Source: Acidobacteriota bacterium (GTDB taxonomy: Bacteria > Acidobacteriota > UBA890 > WLXD01). From it: 64,000 bases of DNA. The DNA is taken from contig CBDFKD010000002.1 of NCBI GenBank assembly GCA_965248695.1, positions 4,096,001 to 4,160,000 of the forward strand. The letters run 5' to 3'. Below, piece after piece: positions 18,506 to 28,883 of this stretch (its first letter is position 1; the number at the start of each line of letters is the position of its first letter). The notes beneath the pieces are model-generated. The model was not told the DNA's origin. It did no database searches and was given only the letters and a program-made list of their open reading frames with translations. Position numbers and translations under genes: made by a program.

Positions 18506-19505
18506 ATGCGCAAGCTTGCCTTGCTCGGTGTCGCCGTCGGCTTGGTCCTGGCGGTCGTTTTGTTCGTTCTCGCAGGCCTCTCCTCGATCGAGGCGGCCGA
18601 TCACCTCGACGCTCCCGATCTGTCGCCGCCGGCCCGGCAACCTGATGGCCGACCTGGCCGATCTGTTTGTGTTTCCGCCCGGGGGCGGTGCGCAGGTGGT
18701 GATAGCCACCACCTACAACCCGGCCGCCGGCGTGTTCGGCCCCGCCGGCTTCGACCCGTCAGTCGACTATGCCATCCTGGTGGACAACAACGGCGATGCC
18801 CTTGCCGACATGACCTTCACGGTGCGATTTGACACCCCGAACGCCAACGGGCGGCAGTCGTACACCTTGACTCTCGATGGCGCCACTGTGGCCTCCGGAA
18901 ACACTGGCTCGCCGGCGAAGGTGACCGGCGGCGGCCGAGTCTTCGCGGGGCTGGTCGACGACCCGTTCTTCTTCGATCTCGATGCCTTCCTGGGCAGCGG
19001 CGGGCGCGGCTTCTGCGACGGCGGCGAGACGGATTTCTTTGCCGGACTCAACGTCAACGCCATCGTTCTGCAGATGCCGGTCGCTGGTCTGGGCGACGGC
19101 GCCTTTGGCGTTTGGGCGACCACGAGCTCGGGCGGTACGAGAATCGATCGCACGGCGTTCCCGGCGATCAACACCGTGTTCATCCCTGGCAACAAGAAGA
19201 ACCGCTACAACGCCGGCAACCCGGTCGATGATCCGGCGACGTTCAGCCGCTTCCTGCGCAAGGGTTTCAAGGCCGGCGGCAATACGACGCCGACCGCCGT
19301 GGCGCTCGCCGGCGTACTGCAGCCCGACATCATGCCGTTCGATCCCGCCGCAGCCGCCGGTTTCCTCAACGGCCGCCAGCCGGCCAACGACGTCATCGAT
19401 GCTGAGCTCGGTTTGCTGACGGCCGGTGCCCTGGCCGGCGACTGCGTCGACGCCAACGACGTGCCGTTCCGGGCCACGTTCCCCTATCTCGCTCCAGCCC
19501 ACTAG
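18506..19505 (+). CDS. DUF4331 family secreted protein (frameshift near 18633)
   Basis: Signal peptide and ADHLDAP in the first frame; ADLADLFVF, VFAGLVDDPFFFDL, DFFAGLNV, NGRQPANDVID, FPYLAPAH in the second. Confidence 0.85.
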
Positions 19506-19583
19506 GCCGCTCCCGACCGCCGGCCGAGCAGCGATCGGCATCGTTGCTCGGCCGATCGGGACCTGGCTTCCACGGAGAGACAC

Positions 19584-20894
19584 ATGACCCCGCCGAACCG
19601 AGCTTCGCTCGCCATGGTGACGACCGCCGCCGCCTGTGCTCTTGCCGTGCTCATGCCTGACCCGTCGAGCTCGCCGTCGCTGGCGGAGGTTCTGGAAGAT
19701 GTCGCGGGTACCGAGGCCACTCGACTGCCGCGACTGGCGCCCGCCGCCGAGCACGTCGAGATGTTCGAGCGCCGGGTTGCGGCGCACCCGCGAAGCGCCA
19801 ACAGCCACTACATGCTGGCAACGCTGCAGGCACGACAGGCACGCGAGTCGGGCGACGAGTCGCTCTACACCGAGGCCGAGCGCGTGCTGCGGCGGGCGTT
19901 AGTGCTGCGCCCGGACTACGCCGAGGCCGAGCTGGCGTTGGCACAGGCGCTGAGCTCACAACATCGATTCGCGGAATCGGCGTCGATCGCCAGGTCGCTG
20001 ATCGAGCGCTGGCCAGAAAGTAGCGGGGCGGCGGCGACGCTCGTCGATGCCTTGACGGGAAGCGGCGACTACGACGAGGCCGCGCGACTGGTGGACGAGC
20101 TTGCGGTCGCTCATGCGGGACCCGCCGTGATGGCACGCCAGGCGGCAATCGCCGAGCTGCACGGCCGGGACGCCGAGGCGCTCGATCTGCTGTTGCGCGC
20201 CGCTCGCAGTGCAAAGGCGCGCTACGTGGCGCGATCCGAGATGGCCTGGTATCTGTTCAGGTTGTCGGAGTTCCATGCCCTTCGGGGCCGCAATCGGCAG
20301 GCACTGGCAGCAGCCGGCGCCGCACTTCGCCTGGAGCCGACTCATCTCGGTTCGCAGGTGGCTCGGGCACGTCTTCTGGCCGCGAGCGGTGCGCTCGCCG
20401 AGGCGATCGAAGGATACGAGTCCATCGTGTCGCGGGTACCGCATCCGGAGCATCTGGCGACGCTCGCCGATCTGTATCGGGGGCAGCGGCGTGATCGAGA
20501 AGCCGAGGCCTCTCTTGCGGCCGCGCTGCAAGCAGGAAGGGTCGGCGGATCCGCCGAGGACCGGCCGATGGCGCGGTTGCTGGCGGATCGGCGCTTGAGT
20601 CCGTCGGAAGCCGTGCACAGGGCACGCCGTGACCTCGAGACGCGGCGCGACGTCGAGGCGTACGACACGCTGGCCTGGGCTCTATTTGCCGCCGGAGACA
20701 TCGGCGAGGCCGCTGAGGCCATCACCACTGCCCTCCGATTCGGTACCCGCCGGGCAGACTTTCACCTGCACGCCGCCGCTATCGCCGAAGTGCGCGGACG
20801 CCAGGCTGATGCAAGCCGGCACCGTGAGGCGGCGCACGAAATCAATCCTCACGCCCGGCTGCGAGCGGCCGCACCGGCTGAGATTTCCGGGTGA
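19584..20894 (+). CDS. Tetratricopeptide-repeat protein
   Basis: TPR-like helices, SQHRFAE and DTLAWALF motifs; commonly adjacent to DUF4331. Confidence 0.8.
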   Translation: MTPPNRASLAMVTTAAACALAVLMPDPSSSPSLAEVLEDVAGTEATRLPRLAPAAEHVEMFERRVAAHPRSANSHYMLATLQARQARESGDESLYTEAERVLRRALVLRPDYAEAELALAQALSSQHRFAESASIARSLIERWPESSGAAATLVDALTGSGDYDEAARLVDELAVAHAGPAVMARQAAIAELHGRDAEALDLLLRAARSAKARYVARSEMAWYLFRLSEFHALRGRNRQALAAAGAALRLEPTHLGSQVARARLLAASGALAEAIEGYESIVSRVPHPEHLATLADLYRGQRRDREAEASLAAALQAGRVGGSAEDRPMARLLADRRLSPSEAVHRARRDLETRRDVEAYDTLAWALFAAGDIGEAAEAITTALRFGTRRADFHLHAAAIAEVRGRQADASRHREAAHEINPHARLRAAAPAEISG

Positions 20895-21068
20895 ACCGCG
20901 TACGGAAAGCGTCGTCACGTGGTCCCGGGTACCGGTAGTCCTCGGGCACAGCCAGGTGCGTGGGGGCAGTCGATCGCCTAGAATCTGGCAAGAACGCCCT
21001 GTTTCGGCGCGCTGGCGACGCCCCCACCCCCGCCGGCAGCGCCACTTGCGTGAGTCCCGACGTGCACC

Positions 21069-22481
21069 ATGCCTCGTCCATCCAGTAGCTCTACCTGGAT
21101 CTGCACCGGCGCCTCCGTGTTCTTGCTTGCCCAGGCGGCCGACACCGTCGATCTGATGGCCAGCTATCCGCTGGCGGCGGGCCTGAACGGTGGCCTGGGC
21201 TGGGCCTCGTCCGACTACCGCTGCGTCGATTGCAACGTGATCCTCGTGTCGATCGACACACTCCGTCAGGACCACGTCGGCGCCTACGGGTATGAGCGCG
21301 ACACGACGCCCAACGTCGATTCCTTTGCCGCCGAGTCGGTACGTTTCGATCACGCCATCGCGATGGCGCCGTCGACCCTGCCGTCGCACGCCTCGATCTT
21401 CACCTCGATGATCCCCGAGCACCATCGGGCGTTCCGTTCCACCGAGCGTCCGCTGCCCGACGAGGCGGTCACCATGGCGGAGATTCTCTTCCAGGCCGGG
21501 TACCGCACCGGCGGCTTTACGGCCGGCGCGCAGATGCACCAGAAATACAACGTCGATCAGGGATTCGACGTGTACGACTCGTTCGAACAGGAGATGACCC
21601 ACGCGTCACGATTCAGTGACATCGTCGAGAAGGGGAAGGGTTTTCTCGAGGAGTACGGCGACGAGCAGTTCTTCTTGTTCCTGCACACCTACGAGGTGCA
21701 CACGCCGTACACGCCGCCGCCGGAGCTTCTCGAGACGTTCGATCCGGGCTACGACGGGGATCTCGGCGACACCATCACGCTGCAGTATCTGAAATCGGTC
21801 TTCGAAAATCCGGTGCGACTACGAGTATCGGAAAAGGACCGCCGCCACATCATTGCCGCCTACGATGGCGAGATCCGCAACATGGACGCGGCCTTCGGCG
21901 ACCTCGTCACGTACCTGAGGGAGCGGCAGCTCTACGACAACACGCTGATCATCTTCACCTCTGACCACGGCGAGGAATTCGGCGAGCGAGGGCGGCATGG
22001 ATGGCACTCCTGGACGCTCTACGATGAGCTGCTGACCGTGCCGCTGCTGATCAAGCTGCCACGCTCACGCTACGCTGGTAGGGCCGTCGGTGAGGTGGCG
22101 CGTGGGATCGACGTCCTGCCCACGATGGTGGACCTGCTCGACATCGACACCACGGCGCGCTTCGAGGGTCATAGTCTGATGGACCGGGTGCTGAATCGGC
22201 GTTCCGACGTCGTGTTCGCAGTCAGCCAGCGGGATTATCCCGGTACGCTGCCGACCGCGATCCGGACCACCCGGTGGAAGCTGTACGACGGCGCACTGTA
22301 CGACCTCGCAGCCGACCCGATCGAGCGCGTGGACGTCTCGGCCGAGTATCCGCACGTCAAGGCCGCGCTGGAGGCCAACCTGGCGGTGATTCGCAGTCAC
22401 AGCGCGCTCGCGGATGCAGATCCCATCGAGCTCGACGAGGCGCTACGGCGCGAGCTTCGAGATCTGGGCTACATTCAGTAG
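21069..22481 (+). CDS. Sulfatase / alkaline-phosphatase superfamily protein
   Basis: NVILVSIDTLRQDH, STLPSHAS, HTYEVHTPY, YDGEI, TSDHGEEFGE, LYDLAADPIE, LRDLGYIQ. Confidence 0.88.
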   Translation: MPRPSSSSTWICTGASVFLLAQAADTVDLMASYPLAAGLNGGLGWASSDYRCVDCNVILVSIDTLRQDHVGAYGYERDTTPNVDSFAAESVRFDHAIAMAPSTLPSHASIFTSMIPEHHRAFRSTERPLPDEAVTMAEILFQAGYRTGGFTAGAQMHQKYNVDQGFDVYDSFEQEMTHASRFSDIVEKGKGFLEEYGDEQFFLFLHTYEVHTPYTPPPELLETFDPGYDGDLGDTITLQYLKSVFENPVRLRVSEKDRRHIIAAYDGEIRNMDAAFGDLVTYLRERQLYDNTLIIFTSDHGEEFGERGRHGWHSWTLYDELLTVPLLIKLPRSRYAGRAVGEVARGIDVLPTMVDLLDIDTTARFEGHSLMDRVLNRRSDVVFAVSQRDYPGTLPTAIRTTRWKLYDGALYDLAADPIERVDVSAEYPHVKAALEANLAVIRSHSALADADPIELDEALRRELRDLGYIQ

Positions 22482-22501
22482 TCGCGGCCTTTTCGACTCA
22501 C

Positions 22502-23550
22502 TCAGCTGCGCAGCCGCTCGTAGGCGGCGCCGTCCAGCTGCTCGCGATCGCCGAGATCGGCTTCGACATCGCTGGCCCACTCGCCGAGCATCGCCTTGGG
22601 ACCGGCGTGCAGCAGGAGCAGCTCGGCACCGAAGCCCGACCCGTAGGAAAACGCCGCCAGTCGCTGGCCCTCCACCAGGCCGCGTAGCGCGTTGGCCACC
22701 GAGATCCACAGGCTCGCCGTATAGGCGTTGCCGCAGAGCCGATTCCACAGCATCGTAGGGCCGACTTTCTGCTCGAATAACCGCTCGATGTCCTCGAGGC
22801 TCCAGCCGAAATGCTCGCCGACGCGGTGCACGGTCTTGCGGACCATCTTCGGGAAGGGCACGTGGAAGCAGATTGCGGCGAGCTCCGCGAAGACCTTTTC
22901 CGGGTCGCGCTCCCGTACCAAGGCACGGAAGCAGCGTTCTGCGGCGCGTCGGTAGCAATCGAGGCTCAGCGCTCCATCAACCCGTGGAAACGATTCGCCG
23001 ACCGGGCGGAAGAAGTCGAACTGCGGCTCGCTCCAGGCGTGCGATTCCTGTTCGATGGAGGCTACGGTGGGTTCGGCGATGATCATGGCGGCGGCGCCGG
23101 CGCCTTGCGTCGGCTCGCCCGGATCGCCTGGCTCGTACAGCGACACGTCGGCGGCGATGACGAGGGCTGCGCGGTCTGCCGCAGCACCGGACATGCGCCA
23201 CTTTGCTTGACCTCGTAGGAGCGTACTGCTCCGCCGAGATCCAACCGGTCGGCTACAAAGGCGCTCAGGGGGCGGCTCATATCGACCGCAGTCTCGGTGC
23301 CGACGGCAAGCAACCCGATGCGCGAACGATCCCCTTCCCAGCGGTCGAGCGCGCGCTCGGCCGCCTTGACGGCCAGATCGACAACGCCATAGCCGGGCGG
23401 GCAGAGCGACATCTGATCGCAGCCGAGGCCGATCTTGTACTTGTCGGGATCGACGCCGCGCAGCTCGGCGAGACTGTCGAGGTCCATTGACAGCGGTGGT
23501 AGGGCCAGCCCGATCGAAGCGATGCCGGTATCCGGACGCTGTGCGTGCAC
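22502..23550 (-). pseudogene. mvaS: Hydroxymethylglutaryl-CoA synthase with catalytic-loop deletion and frameshift
   Basis: DPDKYKIGLG, VGTETAVD, GEPTQGAGAAAM, DFFRP, FHVPFPKM, GNAYTASL, FSYGSG; the ACYGG segment is missing near 23203. Confidence 0.8.
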
Positions 23551-23767
23551 TGCTCCTGCTCCCGATGAAATGAAGGCGGGGTTGCTGACCCAGGCGAGGG
23601 CACGGTCAGGATAAATGGCTCCAGTCCCCATGTCTGGAGTCACCGAAGTGTAGGAGCGCAAGCATACCTACGGCAAGCCGTCGGGGGCGTCGCCGATCAA
23701 TGAAGCAAGGCCCTTGGGGGCGTTATGCTAGGGTAAAGCGCCCTTCAAACGGTCCCCTCCGGGTCTC

Positions 23768-25069
23768 ATGCACGACTCCACTTCGATCGTTCGTTTGCTG
23801 CGCGATTTGACGCGCCGAGCGCGGACCAACCGCGTGCTTCAGGAGATCGCCGATTCGGTCGGCGGTGCGCTGGCGGTGTGGCTGATCATCGCATTGTGGA
23901 ATGCCACAATGCCGCGCGGGCTCATCGTCGGCTGGCCGTTGTTCGCGCTCGTTGCCGTCGCCGCCGCGGTGCGCGTCGCTGTGCGGGTTGCCCGACCGAC
24001 GCCGCTTTGGAAGGCGGCCGCGCGCGCCGATGAGGTCGCCGATCTGACCGACGAGCTCACCTCGGCATACTGGTTCGTACGCAACCCGGAGGAGGATGAC
24101 TGGGTCGGCGCCCATGTCGAGCGCGCTGCCGAAACCGCCCGCACGCTGGACGGCGGTAAGTTGGTCCCGGTTCGTCGCCCGCAGCGGCTCGGTGTTGCTG
24201 GTGGTTGCCTCGCCGGTTTGTTGGCCGTGGCGCTCTTGCCGGTCCCCCGTGTGTTCGAGACCGTCGTCGACCGGTTGAGCGAAATCGCCCTGAGGGAAGA
24301 ACCCGACGATGAGGGCATGGGGCCGCTAGCGGCGCTCGAGGAGGCCACCGATGCAGCCTCCCGCGCCAACCAGACCGAGCCCCCGCGCGCCGACGATCAG
24401 CTGCTCTTACCGCAGCCCGGCGACGAGGAGCAGATGGCGGACAGCGGGCTCGAGGAAGACGGCGCGCTCGAGGAGCAGGAGCCGGATCCCGAAGGCGCGT
24501 TCATGGAAGGGGATGAGGCTGGCGAGGAAGGGGAGGCGGGCGAAGAAGGACAGGAGACTCAGGTCGAGAACCCCGAGGACCTCCCAGCCGACACAGAGGG
24601 TGAGCAGGCGCCCGACCCGAACGCCAGCCAGCAGGAGGGCCAGGGGGAATCGACCGAGGAGAGCGGTACGACGTTGCCGGGTGGTGACGAGGTGTTCCTG
24701 CAGCAGGGCACCGACGAGGCCGATCAGGCGCAGCTCGGTGAGGAAGAGGTAGGCCACGCGACGCGTGAAGGCGGTGAAGAGCAGGAGCTGTTCGAAGGCG
24801 AGCTGAGCACGTTGGAGGTAGAGCTGCAGCGCGAGATCCTGGCGTTGCCCGAGGACGAGGGGGAGGAAGAACCGGAGGAGCAAGAGGAGCTGGTGATCAA
24901 GGCCGAGGAGTCGCGGTTGGCGTTCCAGGAAGTCGAGACTCCGAGCGAGTTCGCCGAGCAGGAGCTGCTGCAGACCGAGATCGTGCCGTGGGCTTACCGG
25001 GACCTCGTACGGATGTACTTCCAGACGCTGCGTGAACGTGACAACCAGAAAGAAGACCAAGAGCGATGA
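23768..25069 (+). CDS. Membrane protein with acidic linker, first gene of MoxR operon
   Basis: N-terminal TMs, AARADE..ELTSA, Glu/Gly-rich linker, C-terminal VPWAYRDLVRMYF. Confidence 0.7.
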   Translation: MHDSTSIVRLLRDLTRRARTNRVLQEIADSVGGALAVWLIIALWNATMPRGLIVGWPLFALVAVAAAVRVAVRVARPTPLWKAAARADEVADLTDELTSAYWFVRNPEEDDWVGAHVERAAETARTLDGGKLVPVRRPQRLGVAGGCLAGLLAVALLPVPRVFETVVDRLSEIALREEPDDEGMGPLAALEEATDAASRANQTEPPRADDQLLLPQPGDEEQMADSGLEEDGALEEQEPDPEGAFMEGDEAGEEGEAGEEGQETQVENPEDLPADTEGEQAPDPNASQQEGQGESTEESGTTLPGGDEVFLQQGTDEADQAQLGEEEVGHATREGGEEQELFEGELSTLEVELQREILALPEDEGEEEPEEQEELVIKAEESRLAFQEVETPSEFAEQELLQTEIVPWAYRDLVRMYFQTLRERDNQKEDQER

Positions 25070-26058
25070 TCGAAGTCGAACAGAGCATCGATAACTTCCA
25101 GGGGCGGTTCGCGATCGTCCGCGATGAGATCGGCAAGGTCATCGTCGGCAACGCCGACGTGATCACCGGCATCCTGACGGCGCTGCTGGCCGGCGGCCAC
25201 GCGTTGCTAGAGGGGATCCCGGGCCTTGGCAAGACCAAGCTCGTGCACACCCTTGCCGACGTGCTGCACCTGGATTTTCACCGTATTCAGTTCACCCCCG
25301 ACCTGATGCCGGCTGACATCGTGGGAACGAACGTCGTCCACGAGACGCCGGACGGAGCCCGGCGCCTCGATTTCCAGCCAGGGCCGATCTTTGCCAACAT
25401 CATCCTGGCCGACGAGATCAACCGCGCGACGCCGAAGACGCAGTCGGCGTTGCTCGAAGCGATGCAAGAGAACAGCGTCTCGGTGGGCCGCAAGACGTAC
25501 TCGCTCGAACAGCCGTTCTTCGTTCTCGCGACGCAGAACCCGCTAGAGATGGAAGGAACGTATCCGCTGCCCGAGGCACAGCTCGATCGGTTCCTCTTCA
25601 AGCTCAAGCTCGATTTTCCCAGCATCGACAACCTGCACGAGATCATGGAGCGCACCACGCAAGTTGACGAGCCAACCGTGGAGCGGGTGCTCGACGGCGA
25701 GGAAATCGTCGAGATGCGCAAGACGGTACGGTCGGTGCCGATCTCCAAGCCGGTGCAGGACTACGCCATTCGGCTCACTCTGGCAACGCATCCCGGCAAC
25801 GAGCACGCCGTCGACGAGACCGAGCGCTACGTGCGCTACGGGGCGGGTCCGCGGGCGATTCAGGCGCTCGTCCTCGCCGGCAAGATTCGGGCGCTGCTGC
25901 ACGATCGGGTGCACGTTGCGGCGGAGGACATCCGTGCCATGTTGATGCCGGCGCTGCGACACCGCGTGCTGCTCAACTTCGAGGGCGAAGCCGACCGCGT
26001 CGACACCGACACCATCCTGGCGGCTATTCTGGAGAGCCTGCCGGGGCCCCGCGAGTAG
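25066..26058 (+). CDS. moxR: MoxR-family AAA+ ATPase
   Basis: LEGIPGLGKT, RIQFTPDLMPADI, LADEINRATPKTQSALLEAM, ATQNPLEMEGTYPLPEAQLDRF. Confidence 0.95.
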   Translation: MIEVEQSIDNFQGRFAIVRDEIGKVIVGNADVITGILTALLAGGHALLEGIPGLGKTKLVHTLADVLHLDFHRIQFTPDLMPADIVGTNVVHETPDGARRLDFQPGPIFANIILADEINRATPKTQSALLEAMQENSVSVGRKTYSLEQPFFVLATQNPLEMEGTYPLPEAQLDRFLFKLKLDFPSIDNLHEIMERTTQVDEPTVERVLDGEEIVEMRKTVRSVPISKPVQDYAIRLTLATHPGNEHAVDETERYVRYGAGPRAIQALVLAGKIRALLHDRVHVAAEDIRAMLMPALRHRVLLNFEGEADRVDTDTILAAILESLPGPRE

Positions 26059-26085
26059 AGACCCCGTGATCGCGCGAGCGCGCTA

Positions 26086-27000
26086 ATGAGTGCAGCCACG
26101 GCCGAGCCGCTGAGTGACGGCGGCCTGGGACCGTTCGACGAGGAGTTCCTGCGCAAGCTCGAGCTCCTCAGCGTGGTCTCCAAGCGCTTACTGTCAGGGC
26201 AGTTCAAGGCCGAGCGCCGGGCTCGCAAAGTAGGTGCCGGAGTGGAGTTCGCCGACTATCGTGGCTACGTGCCCGGCGACGACACTCGGGCAGTCGACTG
26301 GCGTGCCTACATGCGACTCGACCGCCTGATTCTGCGGCTGTTCGAGGAGGAGACCGACCTTCCGATCTATCTCTTCGTCGACGCCAGTCGGTCGATGGGG
26401 ACAGACGGGGGCAGGAAGCTCGACTACGCCAAGAAGGTGGCGGCCGCCCTGGCCTACATCGGTCTGTCGAATATGGATCGGGTCAACCTTGTCGTCTTCG
26501 CAGAGGGAATCATCGAGGAGCTACCGGCGCAGCGCAGCAAGGGCCAGATCTTCAGCATCCTGCGGTTTCTGTCACGCGTGCGCGCCAGCGACGAGACCAA
26601 CGCCGGCGAGGCCTTCCATCGCTTCTTTACCGCCAAGCGCCGTCGCGGGATGACGGTGGCGATCTCCGACTTCTTCGATTCCCACGGTGCCACCAGCGCC
26701 TTCGATATCGTGCGTTACCGCCGCCAGGACCTGCTGGCCGTGCACGTCGCCAGCCCGCAAGACATGTCGCCCGTTCTGAACGGCGAGGTGACGCTGGTGG
26801 ATTCCGAGACGCGGCAGCCGCGCGACGTTACGGTGACGCCGACGCTTCTGCGTGCCTACGAAGAGGAGTTCGATCGCTATAGCGATGAGCTCGAGCGGTA
26901 TTGCGCGCTCTACGGCTTCAGCTACGTACGGACGCTCACCGAGCATCCCTTCGAGGACCTGATCCTGCAGGTCATGCGGCAGGGGAGGTTCCTGTCGTGA
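26086..27000 (+). CDS. DUF58 (vWA-like) protein
   Basis: EFADYRGYVPGDDTRAVDW, VDASRSM, ISDF. Confidence 0.92.
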   Translation: MSAATAEPLSDGGLGPFDEEFLRKLELLSVVSKRLLSGQFKAERRARKVGAGVEFADYRGYVPGDDTRAVDWRAYMRLDRLILRLFEEETDLPIYLFVDASRSMGTDGGRKLDYAKKVAAALAYIGLSNMDRVNLVVFAEGIIEELPAQRSKGQIFSILRFLSRVRASDETNAGEAFHRFFTAKRRRGMTVAISDFFDSHGATSAFDIVRYRRQDLLAVHVASPQDMSPVLNGEVTLVDSETRQPRDVTVTPTLLRAYEEEFDRYSDELERYCALYGFSYVRTLTEHPFEDLILQVMRQGRFLS

Positions 27001-27007
27001 GGGTGCG

Positions 27008-28828
27008 ATGACGTTCCTGGCGATGGCGCAATGGCAGGCCTGGGTGCTGCTGGTGGCGACCGCGGTGGCGATCGTGGTGATCTTCTTTCTGCGCATCCAG
27101 CATCGTCGGGTGGTTGTTTCGTCGTCGTTCCTGTGGGATCGCGTGCTCGAGAGGCGCAAGCGACGCTCGTGGATGGAGTTGCTGCGGCGGTTGATCTCGC
27201 TGCTCATCGCGCTCGCTATCGGCTTGTCGCTGGTGATGGTGTTCTCCGAGGCGGAGCTCGGCGGCGCCGGTCGTACTCCGCGCGATATCCGCCTCGTGAT
27301 CGACATACGGCCGCACATGGCAGCCCAGATGGGCGACGGGCGCTCGCGCCTTCAGGCGGCGCGCGATCGGGCTGCCGAGCTGCTCGGGGGTGGCTCCGGA
27401 GCCGACAGTTTCACGGTGTACGACACGGACGGCCGTCTGATCTCTGCTCGCACCCGCGACCGGATCGAGGTGAGCGAGGATCTCGTCGACGTGCAGGCGA
27501 TCGGCTCACGCTTCGTTCTACCCGACCCGGAGGCGGGCACCGAAACGTGGGTGTTGACCGACGGTGTCAGCTTGCCGCCGTTGCCCCTCGATTATCGTGT
27601 CACCACGGTCTACGAGCCGGCCGTCAACGTCGGTGTGACGTCTTTCGAGGTGCGCCCCTGGCCGTCGGACCCCTACCGCTATGAAGCGTTCCTGGAGGTG
27701 GGCAATTTCTCCCCCGCGGCGCAAGAAACGACGATCGTGTTGCGCGACGCCGGCGGCGTGCAGTTTCGCCGCACCGTCGAGCTACAAGCCGGTGAGCTTT
27801 ATCGCAACACTTTCGATCTTAGCCCCCTGGAGGGCGGCGTCCTTGAGGCAGAAGTACGCGCCGAAGGGGACGCGTTGGATCTGGACGATAGCGCCTACCT
27901 GCTGGTGGCCGAGCAACGCGCACAGCAGATCGCCGTAGTCAGCCAGCGACCGTCGGCGCTCTCGGAGCTTCTGCTCGAGCTGCCGCATCTTGAGCTCACC
28001 GCGATGACGCCGACGCAGTACGAGGACTGGAGGACCGATGTCGGCAGCGGCGGCGTCGGCGGTATGGCTCAGGTGACGGTGCAAGCGCCGTCGTTCGACG
28101 GCTTCATCTTCGAGGGCTACGCACCCGGAGAACCGCCGCTGACTCCGGCGGTGTTGTTCGGCCCATCAGACGTCAGCTGGCTGCCGCGGGCTCAGGGAGC
28201 GGTGCGCGACGTCGCGGTAACGAGTGCCGATCTGACATCCACGATCATGCAGTTCGTAGATCTGCACGACGTCAAGGTCGGGCGGGCGGTACGCGTCGAT
28301 CCGGGCGACGCCACGAGGCTCGCCGGCGACGGGAACGTGCCTTTGATCCTCAGCGGTCGGAGCGCGACCGCGCCATGGATCATGACCACGTTTGCCCTCG
28401 GAGACTCCGATTTCGAACAGAGTCTCGGGTTTCCCATCTTCGTGACCAACGTCCTGCGCTGGTTCCGACCGCACGCTGCTTCTCGTGGTGCCAACCTCGG
28501 AGACGTGTTGCTGACCGCCGTTGGCGTGACCGTGGTCGACGTGCTGTCGGCCGAATCGGTGCCGCTACGCCGTTCGGGCGACCGCAGCTACTTCACCGCG
28601 TTGCGGCCGGGGCTCTTTATGGCAACGAGCAACGAGGGGCGGGTGCCGATCTCGGTCAACGCCGGAGGTCGGGATACCTCGGCAATCAACCGCACCGCCC
28701 TCGACGCCGATGCCGCCAACCTCGAAGTGCCCGCGATGGCTCGGCGGCTCTGGCCGATGCTGCTGGCGCTGGTGGCACTCCTGCTGGCGCTCGAAGCGCT
28801 GACCTATCACCGGAGGATCACTGTCTAG
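27008..28828 (+). CDS. BatA N-terminal / vWA-domain membrane protein
   Basis: N-terminal double-TM BatA motif (VSSSFLW), degenerate MIDAS, LTDG, C-terminal TM. Confidence 0.8.
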   Translation: MTFLAMAQWQAWVLLVATAVAIVVIFFLRIQHRRVVVSSSFLWDRVLERRKRRSWMELLRRLISLLIALAIGLSLVMVFSEAELGGAGRTPRDIRLVIDIRPHMAAQMGDGRSRLQAARDRAAELLGGGSGADSFTVYDTDGRLISARTRDRIEVSEDLVDVQAIGSRFVLPDPEAGTETWVLTDGVSLPPLPLDYRVTTVYEPAVNVGVTSFEVRPWPSDPYRYEAFLEVGNFSPAAQETTIVLRDAGGVQFRRTVELQAGELYRNTFDLSPLEGGVLEAEVRAEGDALDLDDSAYLLVAEQRAQQIAVVSQRPSALSELLLELPHLELTAMTPTQYEDWRTDVGSGGVGGMAQVTVQAPSFDGFIFEGYAPGEPPLTPAVLFGPSDVSWLPRAQGAVRDVAVTSADLTSTIMQFVDLHDVKVGRAVRVDPGDATRLAGDGNVPLILSGRSATAPWIMTTFALGDSDFEQSLGFPIFVTNVLRWFRPHAASRGANLGDVLLTAVGVTVVDVLSAESVPLRRSGDRSYFTALRPGLFMATSNEGRVPISVNAGGRDTSAINRTALDADAANLEVPAMARRLWPMLLALVALLLALEALTYHRRITV

Positions 28829-28883
28829 TGGGCGGTTACAGGCCACCGGTCAGCCGCCCGCGAGACGAGGCAGCCTGACGTCA

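Noticed and set aside
24400-24960. Tandem DNA repeat in the acidic protein gene
   Set aside because: Low-complexity Glu/Gly coding rather than a discrete repeat unit
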